DNA from: Breznakia blatticola
GTDB lineage: Bacteria > Bacillota_I > Bacilli_A > Erysipelotrichales > Erysipelotrichaceae
Reading direction: 5' to 3'
Assembly (NCBI RefSeq): GCF_004365815.1
Contig: NZ_SODD01000009.1
Coordinates: 32,954 to 64,953, forward strand
DNA length: 32,000 bases
The position numbers were made by a program, and so were the translations under genes. The notes beneath the pieces are model-generated. The model saw only the letters and a program-made list of their open reading frames with translations. It was not told the DNA's origin and did no database searches. Position 1 is the stretch's first letter, and every line of letters starts with the position of its first letter. Of this stretch, positions 28,199 to 32,000 are shown in pieces.

Positions 28199-29143
28199 AT
28201 GAATAATCCATTTCCATATAGTGAAGATAACAAGCGATATTATACTTGGAGTCACTATTTAAAAACAAAATATAAAAATAAAGTATTTAAAGTTGCTTTA
28301 AATGCAAACTTCACATGCCCTAACCGTGATGGTACATGTGGTGTTGGAGGTTGTACGTTTTGTAGTAGCTATGGTAGTGGTGATACCATTGAAGATAAAT
28401 TTGAACCATTAGATGTTCAATATGAGAGTAATCTAAAAATCATGCAACACAAATGGCCAAAAGGAAATGCAATTGCCTATTTCCAAGCTTATACCAATAC
28501 GTATGGTAGTGTGAAGCAAGTCAGTGAAATGTTAAAGCCTTTTCTATTCAAAGATGAAATTGTAGCGATTTCTTTAGCTACTAGAGCAGATTGTTTAAGT
28601 GATGAAATGATTGAATACTTAGATTTTGTAAGTAGAAAGAAAGACATTTGGATCGAACTTGGTCTACAAACAACAAATGATAAAATCGCAAAATCATTAA
28701 ATCGTGGTCACGATTATCAGTGTTTTCTTGAAACAGTAGAAAGATTATCGAAAACAAATCTTAAGATTTGTGTACATTTAATGAATTCATTACCTGGTGA
28801 AAGTAAAGAAGATATGATTCAAAATGCTTATAAGGTTGGTCAACTTCCTATTCATGCAATCAAAATCCATATGTTATACATACTAAAAGATACAGTACTT
28901 GGTAAATCGTATCTTCAACACCCATTTCCAATGCTAGATAAAGATGATTATATTGATGTCGTGGTATCTCAATTGGAGGTATTACCTAAACATATTATCA
29001 TTCAACGCTTAACTGGAGATGGAATGCGTGGTGAACAAATTGGTTCTGAATGGATGTTTAAGAAAACCATTGTACTTAATGATATTGATAAAGCCATGGT
29101 CGCACGTAACACTTGGCAAGGAAAAGTTTTAGAAACAAAATAA
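28199..29143 (+). CDS. TIGR01212-family radical SAM protein (YhcC-like)
   Basis: CPNRDGTCGVGGCTFCS cluster motif about 40 aa from the N-terminus, 314 aa. Confidence 0.85.
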   Translation: MNNPFPYSEDNKRYYTWSHYLKTKYKNKVFKVALNANFTCPNRDGTCGVGGCTFCSSYGSGDTIEDKFEPLDVQYESNLKIMQHKWPKGNAIAYFQAYTNTYGSVKQVSEMLKPFLFKDEIVAISLATRADCLSDEMIEYLDFVSRKKDIWIELGLQTTNDKIAKSLNRGHDYQCFLETVERLSKTNLKICVHLMNSLPGESKEDMIQNAYKVGQLPIHAIKIHMLYILKDTVLGKSYLQHPFPMLDKDDYIDVVVSQLEVLPKHIIIQRLTGDGMRGEQIGSEWMFKKTIVLNDIDKAMVARNTWQGKVLETK

Positions 29144-29177
29144 ACCTATGCACTACTTTATGAGTGCGTAGGTTTTT
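29144..29177. terminator. Bidirectional intrinsic terminator between the radical SAM gene and merR
   Basis: 11-bp stem ACCTATGCACT/AGTGCGTAGGT (one GU) with an 8-nt loop. TTTTT on plus, UUUAUUUUGUUU on minus. Confidence 0.85.
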
Positions 29178-29618
29178 ATGATTCATGTGCATGATTATAC
29201 ATTTTTTGAATATCATCAGGCAATCGATCTGGAAGCATCTCATTTATTCGTTTTTCACTTCCATCAGCTATAGCTGTTTGATAATACCAACATTTGTATT
29301 GCAACATATCATGTGTTTTCTTTAATTTTTCTATTTCCTTTTCTACTTCAAGTTTTTGTTGCTCAAAGATCTCTTTACGATCTTTAAAATTTTTGAACCT
29401 TCTTTACATAACTCCATAAAGCGCTTAATATCTTTGATCTCTAATCCAGAACGTTTCAGACACTCAATTACACGTAACTGTTCAAGTTCTTGCTCACCAA
29501 ACACTCTGACACCAGCATTTCTTTGTAAGTTTGGAAATAAACCTTCATTATCATAGTAACGAAGCGTTGACACAGGAAGCGCAAACATCTTTGACACTTC
29601 TCCAATCCCATACATCAT
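29176..29618 (-). pseudogene. MerR-family regulator interrupted by a 1-nt frameshift in an A5T4 tract
   Basis: Frame 1 (29618-29343) gives the HTH MYGIGEVSKMFALPVSTLRYYDNEGL...FMELCKEGS, then junk and a stop. The adjacent frame continues KDRKEIFEQQKLEVEKEIEKLKKTHDMLQYKCWYYQTAIADGSEKRINEMLPDRLPDD...HES* to 29176, a typical MerR coiled-coil and C-terminus. The frames switch at 29386-29394. Confidence 0.8.
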
Positions 29619-29634
29619 AATTTCTCCTTCTTTC

Positions 29635-29666
29635 TTGACCTAAAGTTGACTTTAGGTAGTTAATAT
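29635..29666 (+). promoter_or_regulatory. MerR-type promoter/operator with over-long spacer
   Basis: TTGACC (29635-29640), 19-20 nt spacer, TTAATA/TAATAT. The spacer carries the perfect dyad CCTAAAGT-tg-ACTTTAGG (29639-29656). Divergent from the frameshifted merR. Confidence 0.6.
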
Positions 29667-29703
29667 ATCATAAAGTAAGCATGAATCGATGTCAATTAGC
29701 TAT

Positions 29704-29735
29704 AAAAAATACCGGATATTTATCCGATATTTTTA
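29704..29735 (-). terminator. Intrinsic terminator of the NagB-family gene (A/T-flanked, possibly bidirectional)
   Basis: Minus strand: AAAAAUAUCGGAU-AAAU-AUCCGGUAUUUUUU with one C-A mismatch, directly after the stop at 29739. Confidence 0.6.
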
Positions 29736-29738
29736 TAA

Positions 29739-30479
<741 letters not shown>

Positions 30480-30481
30480 TT

Positions 30482-30512
30482 AGTATAAACTCTATAGCAA
30501 CTAGAGAGTCAA
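30482..30512 (-). promoter_or_regulatory. MerR-type promoter driving the NagB-family gene
   Basis: Minus strand: TTGACT (30512-30507), 19-nt spacer, TATACT (30487-30482). The spacer carries the dyad ACTCTATAG-caa-CTAGAGAGT (8/9 symmetric). The -10 lies about 24 nt upstream of the gene's start codon. Confidence 0.65.
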
Positions 30513-30536
30513 GTGATTTTCATGTATACTGTATAT

Positions 30537-31310
30537 ATGAAAAAATATTTATCAATTGGTGAGATGGCAAAATTAAATGATGTGAGCATTCAACGATTAC
30601 GATACTATGATTCTATTGGTATGTTATCGCCTGCATATGTAGATCCAGATAGTAAATATCGGTATTATGAAAAAGAACAATCTGGAATCTTATTACAAAT
30701 TCAACGATTGCAGTATATTGGTTTTTCTTTAGATGAAATTAAGGTAATGCTAAAATCATCAAACTTAGACTATGAAGCAATTTTAAAAGAAAAACGTGAA
30801 CGTCTAGAAAAAGAATTGGACACAATCAAAAACAAGCAAGAAAAACTTGCTGACTACGAACGTAGTTTGAAAACACCATCTTCAAAAGTCTGCGATCTTA
30901 CACTACCCTATTTACGATTTGCGTGTATTGATGTAAAACTTAAAAATGTATTAGATATGGATATTGAAGATTATGTTGATTATCGCGCTGCATTACGCAC
31001 ATTCATAAAAAAACATGGACTGAGTCGTTCCACGATTTCAAAGATGGTTATTTTTAACGAAGGTGAGAAAGCACATATTATGGTACCTGTTTCTGCTAGT
31101 TTGGAAGTTGATTGTGCATATCCTGTTTATACGTATCAAAATGTAAAACTAAAAGAAATGCACTGCTCTACAAAAGAGCAAATACAAACGATTGAAAGTC
31201 TATACAAGAAAGTAAAACATCCTGGTATTTGTATCATCCAACGATTACCAAGTTTGCACCGTAATCGAAAAGATAGTTGCATCGTACAACTACAAGTACT
31301 TGATAAGTAA
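30537..31310 (+). CDS. MerR-family regulator with a large C-terminal effector-binding (GyrI/BmrR-like) domain
   Basis: HTH LSIGEMAKLNDVSIQRLRYYDSIGML, a coiled coil, then a C-terminal domain of about 140 aa. Start uncertain: GTG 30513, ATG 30522 or ATG 30537. I chose 30537 because the first two overlap the divergent -35. Confidence 0.8.
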   Translation: MKKYLSIGEMAKLNDVSIQRLRYYDSIGMLSPAYVDPDSKYRYYEKEQSGILLQIQRLQYIGFSLDEIKVMLKSSNLDYEAILKEKRERLEKELDTIKNKQEKLADYERSLKTPSSKVCDLTLPYLRFACIDVKLKNVLDMDIEDYVDYRAALRTFIKKHGLSRSTISKMVIFNEGEKAHIMVPVSASLEVDCAYPVYTYQNVKLKEMHCSTKEQIQTIESLYKKVKHPGICIIQRLPSLHRNRKDSCIVQLQVLDK

Positions 31311-31319
31311 GGTGAATAG

Positions 31320-31907
31320 ATGAAACTTGATGAATTAAAAAAGCTAATGCATAGTGGTCAAATGTATAACGATTTAGATTTAACACTTGTAGAAGCAAGA
31401 GCAAAAGCAGTACATCTTACAAATGCATATAATCAAAGTTATGAAGAATGTGCAAGTAAACGCGAAGCGATTTTACACTCAATTTTCCATACGGTTGGTA
31501 AACAACCGTATTTGGAGCCAAACTTCCGTTGTGAATTTGGTTTCAATATCACAATTGGTGATTATTTCTATGCTAACTTTGATTGTATTATGTTAGATGG
31601 TGCTCCAATTACAATTGGTGATCATGTATTGTTTGGACCAAGGGTTGGTATTTATACAGCAAATCATGCAATTGATGCACTAGAACGACAACATGGTGGT
31701 TGTTATGCAAAAGAAGTACATATTGGCAATCATGTTTGGGTTGGTGCAGGTGTACATATCAATCAAGGTGTGCACATTGGAGATAACACAATTATTGGAT
31801 CAGGAAGTGTTGTTACTAAAGATATTCCTGCGAATGTAATTGCTGCAGGTAATCCTTGCAAAGTCATTCGTGCGATTACTGAAGCCGATAAAACAAGTTT
31901 TACATAA
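31320..31907 (+). CDS. maa: Maltose/galactoside O-acetyltransferase (hexapeptide-repeat family)
   Basis: Aligns along its length with E. coli Maa features (N-terminal MxxGxxY, EPxFRCxxGxNIxxGxxFxANFDCxxLD, hexapeptide repeats, GNPxKVIR). Confidence 0.85.
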   Translation: MKLDELKKLMHSGQMYNDLDLTLVEARAKAVHLTNAYNQSYEECASKREAILHSIFHTVGKQPYLEPNFRCEFGFNITIGDYFYANFDCIMLDGAPITIGDHVLFGPRVGIYTANHAIDALERQHGGCYAKEVHIGNHVWVGAGVHINQGVHIGDNTIIGSGSVVTKDIPANVIAAGNPCKVIRAITEADKTSFT

Positions 31908-32000
31908 TAGGGTAGAGGGAAAGAAATATATTCTTTCGCCCCTCCCATTGCACCGTACGTACGGTTCTCGTATACGGCGCTACATATGTATTAATCACGA
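31905..32000 (-). mobile_element. 3' end of a group II intron (domains V and VI, class C-like). The intron body lies beyond the right window edge.
   Basis: Minus strand 31980-31950 reads GCGCCGUAUACGAGAACCGUACGUACGGUGC. This gives a 9-bp lower helix, an AC bulge and a short upper helix. It closely resembles Ll.LtrB D5 (GAGCCGUAUAC...GUACGUACGGUUC) but carries a CGC triad. It is followed by a D6-like hairpin (31946-31910) with an unpaired A at 31913 and AU dinucleotides 6-9 nt downstream. Confidence 0.7.

Noticed and set aside
29346-29403. Programmed -1 ribosomal frameshifting to join the two merR frames
   Set aside because: The A5T4 tract does not form a canonical X XXY YYZ heptamer in the zero frame, and no downstream stimulatory structure is evident. 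A mutational or assembly indel is more parsimonious.
31910-31946. Hairpin after maa as its intrinsic terminator
   Set aside because: There is no U-tract on the plus strand after the stem. The hairpin, its bulged A and the adjacent domain V fit a group II intron domain VI on the minus strand much better.
31763-31948. 61-aa minus-strand ORF overlapping the maa 3' end
   Set aside because: It is a shadow ORF antisense to a well-supported hexapeptide-repeat gene and runs into the intron domain VI hairpin. It has no RBS.

Overview
AT-rich Bacillota-type chromosomal segment made up almost entirely of conserved housekeeping genes, mostly on the minus strand. Gene order is: rubrerythrin (5' part), pfkA-pyk, the polA-mutM-coaE-dnaB-dnaI replication/repair cluster, a VanY-like protein, a metallophosphoesterase, a Leu T-box followed by leuS-leuA-leuC-leuD-leuB and a small membrane protein, a lipoprotein, lysR-nfnA-nfnB, serC-serA, a PHP phosphatase, a split chrA pair behind a DUF45/M48-like protein, a TIGR01212-type radical SAM gene, a frameshifted merR, a NagB-family gene, a second merR with maa, and at the extreme right edge the 3' end (domains V and VI) of a class-C-like group II intron on the minus strand. 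I found no rRNA, tRNA or CRISPR array, and no recognisable multi-gene defence or mobile island. I cannot honestly point to a clear new multi-protein system. The features most worth follow-up are: (1) an unclassified promoter-to-terminator RNA unit with two interleaved perfect 7-bp helices in the 427-bp serC/PHP intergenic region, next to a 14/15 CodY-box match and a phased TGTAA repeat array; (2) the PHP phosphatase divergent from serCA as a possible non-orthologous phosphoserine phosphatase; (3) one Leu T-box apparently controlling leuS plus the whole leucine pathway plus a PF06541-like membrane protein; (4) the group II intron end abutting the maa stop codon; (5) two MerR-type 19-20 bp-spacer promoters, one orphaned beside a frameshifted merR; (6) a VanY-like protein that has lost all zinc ligands. 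All function calls rest on motif recognition by eye. No database search was run.
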